32,232 nucleotides of DNA from an uncultured Candidatus Saccharibacteria bacterium (GCA_964362385.1 CAYIEH010000003.1:1-32232); one strand, 5' to 3'; numbered from the stretch's first letter, positions 7,466-15,894 are shown. Notes: a model not told the origin generated them from the letters alone. Program-made: numbers and translations.

Positions 7466-9607
7466 TTATTTTTTCCCTTCGGTAATCTGCTGGGCGATAT
7501 TTGAAGGCACTTCTTCGTAATGGTCAAATTCCATCGTGAAACTTCCCCTGCCTTGCGTCATAGAGCGAAGTTTCGTGGCATAACCAAACATTTCGGCCAA
7601 CGGGACTTTAACGTCAATAACTTTGACATTAGCCCGGTCGTTCATAGTCTCAATTTTTCCCCTTTTGGAATTTAAGTCGCCGGTAACATCGCCAAGAAAA
7701 TCCTGCGGCGTAATTGTCTGGACTTTCATTATGGGCTCTATGATTATCGGCTTGGCCCTTTTGCACGCTTCTTGAAAAGCCATTGAGCCAGCGATTTTAA
7801 ACGCCATTTCCGAAGAGTCAACTTCATGAAAAGATCCGTCGTAAAGAGTGACTTCAATATCGGTCATTGGATATCCTGCCAGGACGCCTTTGTCCAGAGC
7901 TTCTTTAACGCCTTTTTCAACAGCCGGGATGAATTCTTGAGGAATAATGCCGCCTTTAATTTTATTGATAAAGATAAATTTCTTGCCTCTTTCCAGACTT
8001 TTAACTTTAAGCCAGACATGGCCGTATTGGCCCCTGCCGCCTGATTGACGGATGTATTTGCCTTCAGCTTCCGCTTCGCCCTTGATGGTTTCTCTGTAAG
8101 CGACTTGCGGTCTGCCGATATTGGCTTCAACGCTGAATTCCCGCTTCATTCTGTCAATGATAATTTCCAAATGAAGTTCGCCCATTCCGGAAATAATCGT
8201 CTCGCCTGTTTCCTGGTCGGCTGAAATCCGGAATGTCGGGTCTTCTTCCGCCAAACGTCTCATGGCAATGCCCATTTTTTCCTGGTCAGCTTTGGTTTTC
8301 GGTTCAATACGGACAGAAATAACCGGTTCCGGAAAAGTGATTTTTTCCAAGACAATCGGATTGTCGGGGTCGCATAAAGTGTCGCCGGTTGAAGTGTTTT
8401 TTAATCCCACAATGGCGCCCAAGTCCCCGGCGTACATTTCTTCCGCCTCTTCGCGCTTATTGGCATGCATGCGGACGATTCTGCCTATCCTTTCCTGATT
8501 TTCTTTTGAGGAATTTAAAATATAAGTTCCTTTTTTAAGAATGCCGCTGTAAATTCTGAAATAAGTCAGATTGCCGACAAAAGGGTCTGTGGCGATTTTA
8601 AACGCCAAAGCTGTCAAGGGCGCGTCGTCTTTCGGGGCGCGAATAATTTCTTCGTTTGTTTTAGGGTGCGTGCCTTTTATTGGTTTAAGCGGTTCCAAAT
8701 CAAAAGGCGACGGCAGATAATCCAAGACCGCGTCAAGCAATAACTGTACCCCTTTATTTTTAAGGGCAGAACCGCAGAAAACCGGTATTAATTCGTTGTT
8801 GATTGTCGCTTTTCTTAAAACTTTTCTGATTTCATCAATGGATATTTCTTCGCCACTCAGATATTTCTCCGTCAATTTTTCGTCATATTCCGCGATTTTT
8901 TCTATCAGTTCCAGTCTCTTTTTTCCCGCCTCGCTTTTGAGGTTGTCGGGAATTTCTTTTTTAATGATTTTTTCTCCGTGTTCTCCTTCAAAGCCGTAAG
9001 ATTTCATTTCTATCAAATCAATAACTCCTTCAAAATTTGATTCTATTCCGATGGGGATTTGGAGAGCTATGGCGTTTAGCGAAAGCTTTTCCTTTATTGA
9101 CCTGAAAGAATTTTCGAAACTTGCTCCCATCCGGTCTAATTTATTAATAAAGCAAATTCTTGGAACTTTATATTTGTCAGCCTGGCGCCAGACGGTTTCC
9201 GATTGCGGCTCAACTCCGGCAACGCCGTCAAAAATCACAACGCCGCCGTCAAGAACCCGAAGCGAACGCTCCACTTCCACGGTAAAGTCAACATGGCCCG
9301 GAGTGTCTATGATGTTTATCCGGTACTCGCTATTTTGGCGGATTAATTGTTTTTTTTTCTCGTCAGGAGCGGTTTCCAGAAGGCGGGTTGATGTCCAAAA
9401 ACAGGTGGTCGCGGCGGCGGTGATAGTGATGCCGCGCTCTCTTTCCTGTTCCATCCAATCCATAATTGCCTGGCCTTCATGAACTTCGCCGATTCTATGA
9501 GAAATTCCGGTATAAAAAAGAACCCGTTCCGAGACGGTAGTTTTCCCTGCATCAATATGGGCGATTATTCCTATGTCTCTATATTTTTCTAATGGGTATT
9601 GTCGCAA
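7466..9607 (-). CDS. fusA: Elongation factor G
   Basis: [19 protein letters not shown] and NKLD motifs; TTG start. Confidence 0.99.
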   Translation of the reverse strand: MRQYPLEKYRDIGIIAHIDAGKTTVSERVLFYTGISHRIGEVHEGQAIMDWMEQERERGITITAAATTCFWTSTRLLETAPDEKKKQLIRQNSEYRINIIDTPGHVDFTVEVERSLRVLDGGVVIFDGVAGVEPQSETVWRQADKYKVPRICFINKLDRMGASFENSFRSIKEKLSLNAIALQIPIGIESNFEGVIDLIEMKSYGFEGEHGEKIIKKEIPDNLKSEAGKKRLELIEKIAEYDEKLTEKYLSGEEISIDEIRKVLRKATINNELIPVFCGSALKNKGVQLLLDAVLDYLPSPFDLEPLKPIKGTHPKTNEEIIRAPKDDAPLTALAFKIATDPFVGNLTYFRIYSGILKKGTYILNSSKENQERIGRIVRMHANKREEAEEMYAGDLGAIVGLKNTSTGDTLCDPDNPIVLEKITFPEPVISVRIEPKTKADQEKMGIAMRRLAEEDPTFRISADQETGETIISGMGELHLEIIIDRMKREFSVEANIGRPQVAYRETIKGEAEAEGKYIRQSGGRGQYGHVWLKVKSLERGKKFIFINKIKGGIIPQEFIPAVEKGVKEALDKGVLAGYPMTDIEVTLYDGSFHEVDSSEMAFKIAGSMAFQEACKRAKPIIIEPIMKVQTITPQDFLGDVTGDLNSKRGKIETMNDRANVKVIDVKVPLAEMFGYATKLRSMTQGRGSFTMEFDHYEEVPSNIAQQITEGKK

Positions 9608-9611
9608 TTTG

Positions 9612-9643
9612 ACTTACAACTTACAACTTACAACTTACAACTT
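9612..9643. repeat. Heptamer tandem repeat (ACTTACA)x4
   Basis: Directly visible just upstream of the fusA start. Confidence 0.9.
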
Positions 9644-9687
9644 TTATTTTTTTGTCGTTAGTTATCGGTCGTCAGTCGTTGGTTAAT

Positions 9688-10155
9688 TTATCTGGCGAAG
9701 TGCGCAAAAGCACGGTTTGCTTCAGCCATCCTGTGTACGTTTTGTTTTTTCTTAATGGCTGTTCCTTCGTTTTTAAACGCCGCGATAAATTCTTCGGCTA
9801 ATTTTTCTTTCATCGGCCTCCCTTTTTTTGATTTCGCGGCTTCAATAATCCATTTACAGGCTAAAAAAAATCTTCTTTCCGGCCTTACTTCTTTTGGCAC
9901 CTGATAATTGGCGCCGCCGACTCTTTTAGAAACAACCTCAATAAGAGGCGACGCGTTTTCAATCGCTTTTTCAAAAACAGCAATCGGGTCCAATTCGGTT
10001 TCTTTTTTAACCTTGCTTAAGGCATTATAAAGAACATTTTCAGCGGTTGTTTTATCCCCGGTTCTCATCAGATAGTTAATAAACCTGCTGATGGAGACAG
10101 AATTGAATTTAATATCCGGCTTATTTCTTTTATTGTATTTTTGTTTTCTTCGCAT
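9688..10155 (-). CDS. rpsG: 30S ribosomal protein S7
   Basis: RVGGANYQVP and HRMAEANRAFAHF; start reassigned to ATG at 10155 (MRRK...), because the longer ORF runs into a repeat element. Confidence 0.97.
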   Translation of the reverse strand: MRRKQKYNKRNKPDIKFNSVSISRFINYLMRTGDKTTAENVLYNALSKVKKETELDPIAVFEKAIENASPLIEVVSKRVGGANYQVPKEVRPERRFFLACKWIIEAAKSKKGRPMKEKLAEEFIAAFKNEGTAIKKKQNVHRMAEANRAFAHFAR

Positions 10156-10182
10156 TCTAATGTTGTTTAAATTTATTTCACC

Positions 10183-10314
10183 ACAACTTGAGCGCCCTCC
10201 CAAATTTTTATTCCAGACTTGAAATACCACCTAATCAGAGCTGAAGGCGCGACTTCGTCTTCTTACGCGCTGAAATAGATAATCTGAGATAAAAATTTAG
10301 GCGGGTAAAGGTTT
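10183..10314 (-). repeat. ~132-bp dispersed repeat, copy 1 (between rpsL and rpsG)
   Basis: Reverse complement is nearly identical to 21831-21962. Confidence 0.92.
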
Positions 10315-10363
10315 TGTCCGTAAAATTTCATCGCCTGCGGCTCAAAATTTTACACAAAACTCT

Positions 10364-10774
10364 TTATTTGGGCCTCTTTACCCCGTATTTGCTTCTTTCT
10401 TGTTTTCTTCCTTCAACTCCTGTTGTGTCCAGAAGTCCTCTTATAATATGGTATCTTACCCCGGGCAAGTCCTTTACTCTTCCGCCCCTTACTATTACCA
10501 CCGAGTGTTCCTGAAGCGCGTGTTTTTCTCCGGGAATATAAGCGGTTACTTCCATGCCGTTTGTCAGCCTGACCCTTGCCACTTTTCTTAAGGCTGAATT
10601 CGGTTTTTTCGGCGTTGTGGTGAAAACTTTTAGGCAAACTCCCCGTTTAAAAGGAGAAACGGAATTTACCGGCCGGTTTTTTATCGTATTAAAATAAAAG
10701 TTCATTGCCGGAGATTTTGATTTTTTCCCGATTGTTTTTCTTCCTTTTTTAATTAATTGGGTGATTGTGGGCAT
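10364..10774 (-). CDS. rpsL: 30S ribosomal protein S12
   Basis: [28 protein letters not shown]. Confidence 0.99.
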   Translation of the reverse strand: MPTITQLIKKGRKTIGKKSKSPAMNFYFNTIKNRPVNSVSPFKRGVCLKVFTTTPKKPNSALRKVARVRLTNGMEVTAYIPGEKHALQEHSVVIVRGGRVKDLPGVRYHIIRGLLDTTGVEGRKQERSKYGVKRPK

Positions 10775-10894
10775 TTTAAATATTGAGTCTTAGGTATTAT
10801 GATAAAAATTGTTGAATGCCGGTTTTGGAATTTTTTGACATGCGGTCCTTGACCTGCGATACGTTATAAAAATCCTGAAAACAGGACATTGAAA

Positions 10895-10924
10895 AGGATA
10901 GCAAAATATAAAGATTATTGTCAA
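10895..10924 (-). promoter_or_regulatory. Sigma70-type promoter of the rpsL operon
   Basis: TTGACA-18 bp-TATCCT with an extended TGn motif on the minus strand. Confidence 0.6.
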
Positions 10925-10982
10925 CCTTGTAGTTATCCCGCCGTGGCGGTATCACTACAAGGCCAACCTTACATATTTTATT

Positions 10983-11011
10983 TTGACTTATTAAATAAAA
11001 TATGTTATTTA
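10983..11011 (+). promoter_or_regulatory. Putative divergent promoter
   Basis: TTGACT-17 bp-TATTTA preceded by TGn. Confidence 0.4.
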
Positions 11012-11016
11012 CAAAT

Positions 11017-11275
11017 CAGCGTTTAGTTTTATCCGCCTTCGCAGCCGAAGCTGCCGCTTCGGCGGAATAGGCAATGCGAACGGTGGACTCCCGAAGCTTG
11101 AAAAGCAAAAGAGGGCGCTTCGGCGCCTGCCTGCCGGCAAGGCAGGGATTTCGCGTGCCGTCGGCATAGCCTATGGCGACGCAGGCCGAAGAAATGAAGG
11201 ATACTACGGGCGCCACGCTCTGCCATAGCGGCTACGCGACGGCGAGTAAGCCCGTGGAGGCTTCATTGCGCGGTT
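11017..11275 (+). ncRNA. GC-rich multi-hairpin region (structured leader or pile-up of palindromic elements)
   Basis: Stems at 11032-11066, ggcgcttcggcgcc, cctgcctgccggcaaggcagg, and aatgaag...ctacgggc/gcccgtgg...cttcatt. Confidence 0.45.
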
Positions 11276-11313
11276 AATTGAAAATTTAAAAATAAAAAAT
11301 AAGGGAGATAAAG

Positions 11314-12429
11314 ATGATAAAGATTGATAAAGAAAAAGCGTTGCGGCTTTTTACGATTCTTGACAAGTTGTGGCAAAAGAAAGAAGGAATTTGCGAGGGA
11401 GTTGTTTTGCCGCAAAATTTACAGTCCAATCCGTCAGATCCGAAAGAATGCGCTCTGTGGCTTTTTTATTGTTCTTTGCCAATGAGGGGCGGCTTGGTTT
11501 CTGAAGATCCGTTTAAATGGATGTATGTTCTTAAGGAACTATTTCCTGAAATGTTTATTCCGGAAATTGTGTGCCGCGAATGGACGCCGGAAAAAATAGT
11601 CAACGCGTTTCAGGTTGCCACTAAAAAAATTTTGAACGGGAACGGTGTCGGAATAAGCGGTTCAGGAGCCATGGGCTATAAGGCGGATGAATATGCCGGG
11701 GCGTGGTTTGGGAACTCCGTCGTTCTTCATAAATACTGGGGCGGCGATGTGAGGAATGTTTTCTGGGGCGTCTTGGATTTTGAGGAAGCTTTCAGGCGAG
11801 TTGATTATCGCCACAATGAAGCCGGTTTTAAGGGGATGCGCAGAAAAATTTTTTCTCTTCTTGCTATTTTCCTGCAGGAAAAAGGAATAATTCCGGTATT
11901 TCCAACTCCGATTCCGATAGATTTTCATGCCATGAGAATTCTATGGGGAACCGAAGCTTTAATTTTAAACGGTTGTGCCAAGCCGTTTATGCCCAAGGAA
12001 AAACATCCCAAGTCGCTTGAGGGCAGATTAAGCATAAGGGTGTCTGAAAAATTTATTGACCAGATTGCGAAGTGGTCGCAAAAATTTTTACGGGAAAATA
12101 ATCTGTCGCACTTGAACGTCAACCCGGCAATATGGGTGTTGAGCAGAAGTTTGTGCTCCGAGCATTTTCAGACAGGATCGCGGAAAGACGGCAATGAATA
12201 TGTTGATGCAGAAGCGTTGCTCAGGAATAAAGAATGGCCCAAAAATTACAGAAATCCTTGTAAATACTGCGATATTGAAAAATTATGCCAATGGATTATA
12301 CCTGCTGCGCCGTATTACAGGTGGGGTTATCTTATCCGGATAAGTGAAAGAGTTCCTTTCCCTTATGAAACAATGCACTTGCCTGGACTTGATTTGAAAT
12401 TCAGATCGCGGAGAAAACAAAGGAGGTAG
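11314..12429 (+). CDS. Divergent HhH-GPD superfamily DNA glycosylase-like protein with an Fe-S-type Cys cluster
   Basis: HhH-like FKGMRRKIFSL, PIPIDFHAMR (catalytic Asp position), C-x34-C-x2-C-x5-C; SD upstream. Confidence 0.65.
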   Translation: MIKIDKEKALRLFTILDKLWQKKEGICEGVVLPQNLQSNPSDPKECALWLFYCSLPMRGGLVSEDPFKWMYVLKELFPEMFIPEIVCREWTPEKIVNAFQVATKKILNGNGVGISGSGAMGYKADEYAGAWFGNSVVLHKYWGGDVRNVFWGVLDFEEAFRRVDYRHNEAGFKGMRRKIFSLLAIFLQEKGIIPVFPTPIPIDFHAMRILWGTEALILNGCAKPFMPKEKHPKSLEGRLSIRVSEKFIDQIAKWSQKFLRENNLSHLNVNPAIWVLSRSLCSEHFQTGSRKDGNEYVDAEALLRNKEWPKNYRNPCKYCDIEKLCQWIIPAAPYYRWGYLIRISERVPFPYETMHLPGLDLKFRSRRKQRR

Positions 12430-12439
12430 ACTGCTAAAT

Positions 12440-12524
12440 GGCGTTCCTATTTTTTAAGGGAACGCTAATTTTTTTAAAATAAAAATTGCCCTTCTAAATC
12501 CAAAAGATTTAAAGAAGGGCAATT
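12440..12524. terminator. Two hairpins between convergent genes
   Basis: gcgttcc...ggaacgc followed by a T tract; aattgcccttct...agaagggcaatt. Confidence 0.6.
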
Positions 12525-13510
12525 CAGAAGGGCAGTGTACTTATTCTTGTAGGCATCATTTCAAAGACAATATATTCTTCCTGGTCTTTTTCAACAACAA
12601 TCTGGGTGTCGCAAAGTCTGGTTTCGGGATTCGGAAGCGCCAAATCGGCGATATTTTTCTGCCAGAATTTTTCTCCGTTAAACTCCAGCAACTTACAAAT
12701 TTCATCCCAAAGCGGATTTTTAATTCCTTTCGGGAAATATCTTGTCAGCATTTCCGCTATAAGATATTTTCTTTTGCCGATTTTCTGGCTTTCAATATTA
12801 TCAATAATATCTTTCGCTCCTTTTAGTTTGCTAAAATCCGCGCGATATCCGTTATTCCGATAAATTGAAAGTCTTTTATCAATGAATCTCGCCAAGCCCC
12901 CGAGCTGGTTTTTGATATTTTCATTGAGGTAAATTTCGGAATGAAAAATATCCGACATGAAATAAGCGTCTTTTAAATCAACGCTGAATCGCAAACCATT
13001 GCGTGCTATGCGGCATATCTTATGGATTACAACCGATTTGTTTCTCTTCGCGTAATACGTTTTTTGTCCTTTGATAAAAAACGGATTGGTATATGGGTTG
13101 CATTTCCATTGCGCCACGCGTTCGTCAACCAGCTCTTGAAGAAGTTTAAAAACCACGGGAGCGACAACTCGGTATTGTTTCTCGGTTAAAAGAAACCATT
13201 TCCTGCGTTTTGCAAAGGTTTTTGTTTCCCCGTTTTTTTCCGCAAATCCGCGAGGCTTTAGGCCTTCATGATACGGCCGACTTCTGCCCATGCCTATTTC
13301 GCAAAGGATTACTTCCTTAAAATCGCCAAAAGCTGATTTTCCGGGTCCGATTATCGCGATTACTCCGATAAACGGGCTATTGTTTTTGATTATTTCAGGC
13401 GAGCCGTTTGAGATGTCAATAATGAATTTAGCTCCGGTTTTAACCCTATCAACATCATCTTTGATAAGTTGCGAGATTGGTTTTGGACCATATTTTTCCA
13501 ATTCTTTCAC
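12524..13510 (-). CDS. Hypothetical protein
   Basis: 328 aa ORF. The listed GTG lies within the SD (GGAGGTG), so the true start may be TTG at 13501. Confidence 0.7.
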   Translation of the reverse strand: MKELEKYGPKPISQLIKDDVDRVKTGAKFIIDISNGSPEIIKNNSPFIGVIAIIGPGKSAFGDFKEVILCEIGMGRSRPYHEGLKPRGFAEKNGETKTFAKRRKWFLLTEKQYRVVAPVVFKLLQELVDERVAQWKCNPYTNPFFIKGQKTYYAKRNKSVVIHKICRIARNGLRFSVDLKDAYFMSDIFHSEIYLNENIKNQLGGLARFIDKRLSIYRNNGYRADFSKLKGAKDIIDNIESQKIGKRKYLIAEMLTRYFPKGIKNPLWDEICKLLEFNGEKFWQKNIADLALPNPETRLCDTQIVVEKDQEEYIVFEMMPTRISTLPF

Positions 13511-13701
13511 CTCCTTTTTGTTTAAAATTTGAAAAATCTAACTTAAATTAATCACTTATTATTAATAAAGTCAAAGGAAGAAAGCCCCGCATTGCCACGC
13601 ATTTTGCGGGGCTTGTGCGTGGGTAAAAATTTTGTTTGGTGGGCGGCATAGGATTCGGAGCAGAGCGAAGCGGCGCGGGCACCTGTGACCTCTTCGGCTT
13701 G

Positions 13702-13805
13702 CCCCGTTAGATTTCGCTGTGGGCACTGAGGGGATTGAACCCCCGACCTACTCGGTGTAAACGAGTCGCTCTACCACTGAGCTAAGTGCCCATAATCTAA
13801 CGGGG
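13702..13805. mobile_element. Inverted-repeat-bounded element carrying a tRNA
   Basis: ccccgttagatt 13702-13713 / aatctaacgggg 13794-13805; the same terminus recurs at 28062 and 28736. Confidence 0.7.
13720..13791 (-). tRNA. tRNA-Val(TAC), intact (inner), no encoded CCA
   Basis: GGGCACT TA GCTC AGTGGTA GAGC G ACTCG TT-TAC-AC CGAGT AGGTC GGGGG TTCAATC CCCTC AGTGCCC A forms a full cloverleaf. Confidence 0.96.
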
Positions 13806-14106
13806 TGAATAAACGAGGCGCTCTAACCAACTGAGCTAGCCGCCCACTTTAAGCGGGATTGTCGTCCCTACGGGAGATTTACCGCAGGTATGACAATCTG
13901 TACCTAAAATTTTACGCAAACTTGAATTTTTAGACAAATCGGGAATAAACTCGCGCTCCATGCCCCGCACAACTTGTTGCTGCGGGGTGCCCTGCCGTCC
14001 AACTTTATCGGGCGGGAGCTAAACGCGCATAAATTTAATACCTCCGTCTTTAATTATTTGCTTAATAATAATTCTACTTTTTTGACCACTCTAACCAGCC
14101 GAAAAA

Positions 14107-14721
14107 TTACAGGTCTTCTTTATTCCCGTTGTATTTTTTGTAAAAAGCTCCGCTTTTGGCAATAATTTTCCTGAAGACATTTTCAAGAAGAATCACCGCA
14201 ATCAGAAGAATTGTTATAAAGATAGCGACTTTTTTCAAGTCCTTTTTTAAAATGCCAGCCTGATCGGCGAATACAAATCCCAAAGACACAAAAGCTATTG
14301 TCCAAATTAAGGCGGCAGGAATGCTGTTGCGCAACAATCTTTTAAACGGGGTCTTCATATATCCGCTTGAGAGCAAAACAAAACGGTTGGTATTCCATGC
14401 GAATTTTGACGCAAATATATAAAGGCCTTCCCGGCTTTTAATTTTATTAAACAGCGACTCCATTTTTTCCAGATTAAAGAACAAAAACTTTTTTTTGTGG
14501 AGTTGCGAGAGTTTTTTTCCGATAAACCAATAGGCAATATCATGGATGACAACTGCGGAAAAAGCGAAAATCACCACGTTTAAAAAATTAATGCTTCCGC
14601 CGCGCACCAGAATGCCGGATAAAATAAGAACCACCTCGCCCTCAATAAACATCCCTAAAAATATGATTATATAAGTAAGGATGCGATGGACTTCGGAAAA
14701 ATTAGCAAAAAATTGTTCCAT
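14107..14721 (-). CDS. dedA: DedA family membrane protein
   Basis: EGE.VLILSG, HD...YWFIGK, IFASKF...NR...SGY.K.PF, ALIW...FVSLGF. Confidence 0.88.
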   Translation of the reverse strand: MEQFFANFSEVHRILTYIIIFLGMFIEGEVVLILSGILVRGGSINFLNVVIFAFSAVVIHDIAYWFIGKKLSQLHKKKFLFFNLEKMESLFNKIKSREGLYIFASKFAWNTNRFVLLSSGYMKTPFKRLLRNSIPAALIWTIAFVSLGFVFADQAGILKKDLKKVAIFITILLIAVILLENVFRKIIAKSGAFYKKYNGNKEDL

Positions 14722-14839
14722 ATTCCGCAGTGAAACCCCGCAGCGATTCCGCTAATAAAATTTTTTCTTAAAAAAACGCGATTGAAATTCCGCTATGGGG
14801 CATAGTCTTAGATTATAGATTATTATTTTGTCTAAAAAA

Positions 14840-14880
14840 AGTCCCCTCCTCTTGCTCTTAAAAACAAGAGGGGGGATTTT
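14840..14880. terminator. Terminator hairpin
   Basis: tcccctcctcttg...caagagggggga flanked by A/T tracts. Confidence 0.55.
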
Positions 14881-14888
14881 CCGCCCGC

Positions 14889-15359
14889 CTACTTTTTGCA
14901 GACGGGTTGAGAGGCGACTTTGGAGATGTTCCACTCGTCAATTTTCCACTGGCGAACGTCTTTTTGATTGACGTTTCCCCAGAAAGAAAATTGCTGGTTT
15001 GCCGAACCCACGAGGTTGTTGCAATTATCGTAAAAAGAAATTACGAGAGCTGTTTCTATTCTGACATTATACGGAACTCCGATATACACAGGTATGGTTC
15101 TTCCGGGCGACAACACTACGGGCTTTTTTTCAGTGCCATAGTATTGGGTTTTCAGTTTCCCATCCGTATAAATATATCCTGTGTACGGCGTGTTATTGCT
15201 TAGCGTAATGGTGCCGTACGGATAATACGTTCCGTATGGTTGGCCGCCGTAGCCGGAATAACTGCTTTGCCAGGTAATTTCCGGGCTTAAAATCAGCTGT
15301 TCTCCGGCGCAGAATGTTAGCCCAAACAAGAGAGAAATTAAAAACAGGATTTTCTTCAC
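14889..15359 (-). CDS. Secreted hypothetical protein
   Basis: GTG start with GGTGGTGA SD; signal-peptide-like N-terminus MKKILFLISLLFGLTFCA; Tyr/Gly-rich, beta-type body. Confidence 0.7.
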   Translation of the reverse strand: MKKILFLISLLFGLTFCAGEQLILSPEITWQSSYSGYGGQPYGTYYPYGTITLSNNTPYTGYIYTDGKLKTQYYGTEKKPVVLSPGRTIPVYIGVPYNVRIETALVISFYDNCNNLVGSANQQFSFWGNVNQKDVRQWKIDEWNISKVASQPVCKK

Positions 15360-15520
15360 TTTAAATCACCACCTTTCCTCTGTTTTTCTTTGTTAAATTT
15401 TTCTAAAAGCGCCCTATGCCTTTGTTCAATCCAGTCATGAATGCTTTTGGATTTACGCCAACGTTTATTCCCGTTTATATGACTCCGATGTTTTTTCTTC
15501 ACCCAAGAAAAATGAGCCAT
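15356..15520 (-). CDS. 54-aa basic small protein (not in ORF track)
   Basis: MAHFSWVKKKHRSHINGNKRWRKSKSIHDWIEQRHRALLEKFNKEKQRKGGDLK; GGAGGTGA SD; stop overlaps the next gene's GTG (GTGA). Confidence 0.6.
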   Translation of the reverse strand: MAHFSWVKKKHRSHINGNKRWRKSKSIHDWIEQRHRALLEKFNKEKQRKGGDLK

Positions 15521-15652
15521 TTAAAATCACCTCCTCATCTTTATTAAGTTTTTCTATTACTGAAGAAATAATACAATAATATATTTAATTTGTCAATATC
15601 AAAAAATAGTCAGTAAAATTGCGTAAATCCGGCTTTTTTTATTCTTTTTTAC

Positions 15653-15808
15653 CCTCCTCCGCGAAGCGGAGAAAGCCCCGCCTGTAAAGGCGGGGATGAA
15701 TGAGGGTATCCTCCGTAGCTCGGAGAGCGAAGGAGTATATGCTTCGGAGGGTTTCGCCCGACGAAGCGTGTGAAGAGAAGCCGCGGCTGTAAAGCCGTGG
15801 AGCTTCAC
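15653..15808 (+). mobile_element. Non-autonomous IS200/IS605-family element (PATE-like)
   Basis: TTAC immediately 5'; AAAG plus left hairpin ccccgcct-gtaa-aggcgggg; GAAG plus right hairpin ccgcggct-gtaa-agccgtgg; ends in TCAC. Confidence 0.75.
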
Positions 15809-15845
15809 TTGAAGTCACAGGTCTTATTATGTCAAGATTTTTTTC

Positions 15846-15883
15846 CTTTCTGCTTGGTCTCATTAATGAGACCAAGCAGAAAG
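15846..15883. repeat. Perfect 38-bp palindrome downstream of thrS
   Basis: ctttctgcttggtctcatt|aatgagaccaagcagaaag. Confidence 0.9.
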
Positions 15884-15894
15884 CTGATATTTAA

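Larger units (their letters stand above)
13637..13845 (-). pseudogene. Interrupted tRNA-Val-like gene (outer), with encoded CCA
   Basis: GGGCGGC/GCCGCCC acceptor stem, intact D arm GCTC-AGTTGGTTA-GAGC, ACCA end. Large insertion in the anticodon loop, ~22-nt insertion in the T loop, and one mismatch each in the anticodon and T stems. Confidence 0.85.

Noticed and set aside
10156-10230. N-terminal extension of S7 in the ORF track
   Set aside because: The extension lies within the dispersed repeat; the ATG at 10155 gives a normal-length S7
11016-11226. ORFs 11016-11216 and 11029-11226
   Set aside because: Translations of palindromic repeats (CLAGRQA, AEAAASAAKA) with no coding features
13702-13805. 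Group I intron in the tRNA anticodon loop
   Set aside because: The insert is too short, almost entirely occupied by a tRNA, and shows no P7 or other catalytic-core elements
15599-15875. ORFs 15599-15808 and 15639-15875 as transposase fragments
   Set aside because: No HUH or RuvC motifs; they are read-throughs of the element hairpins
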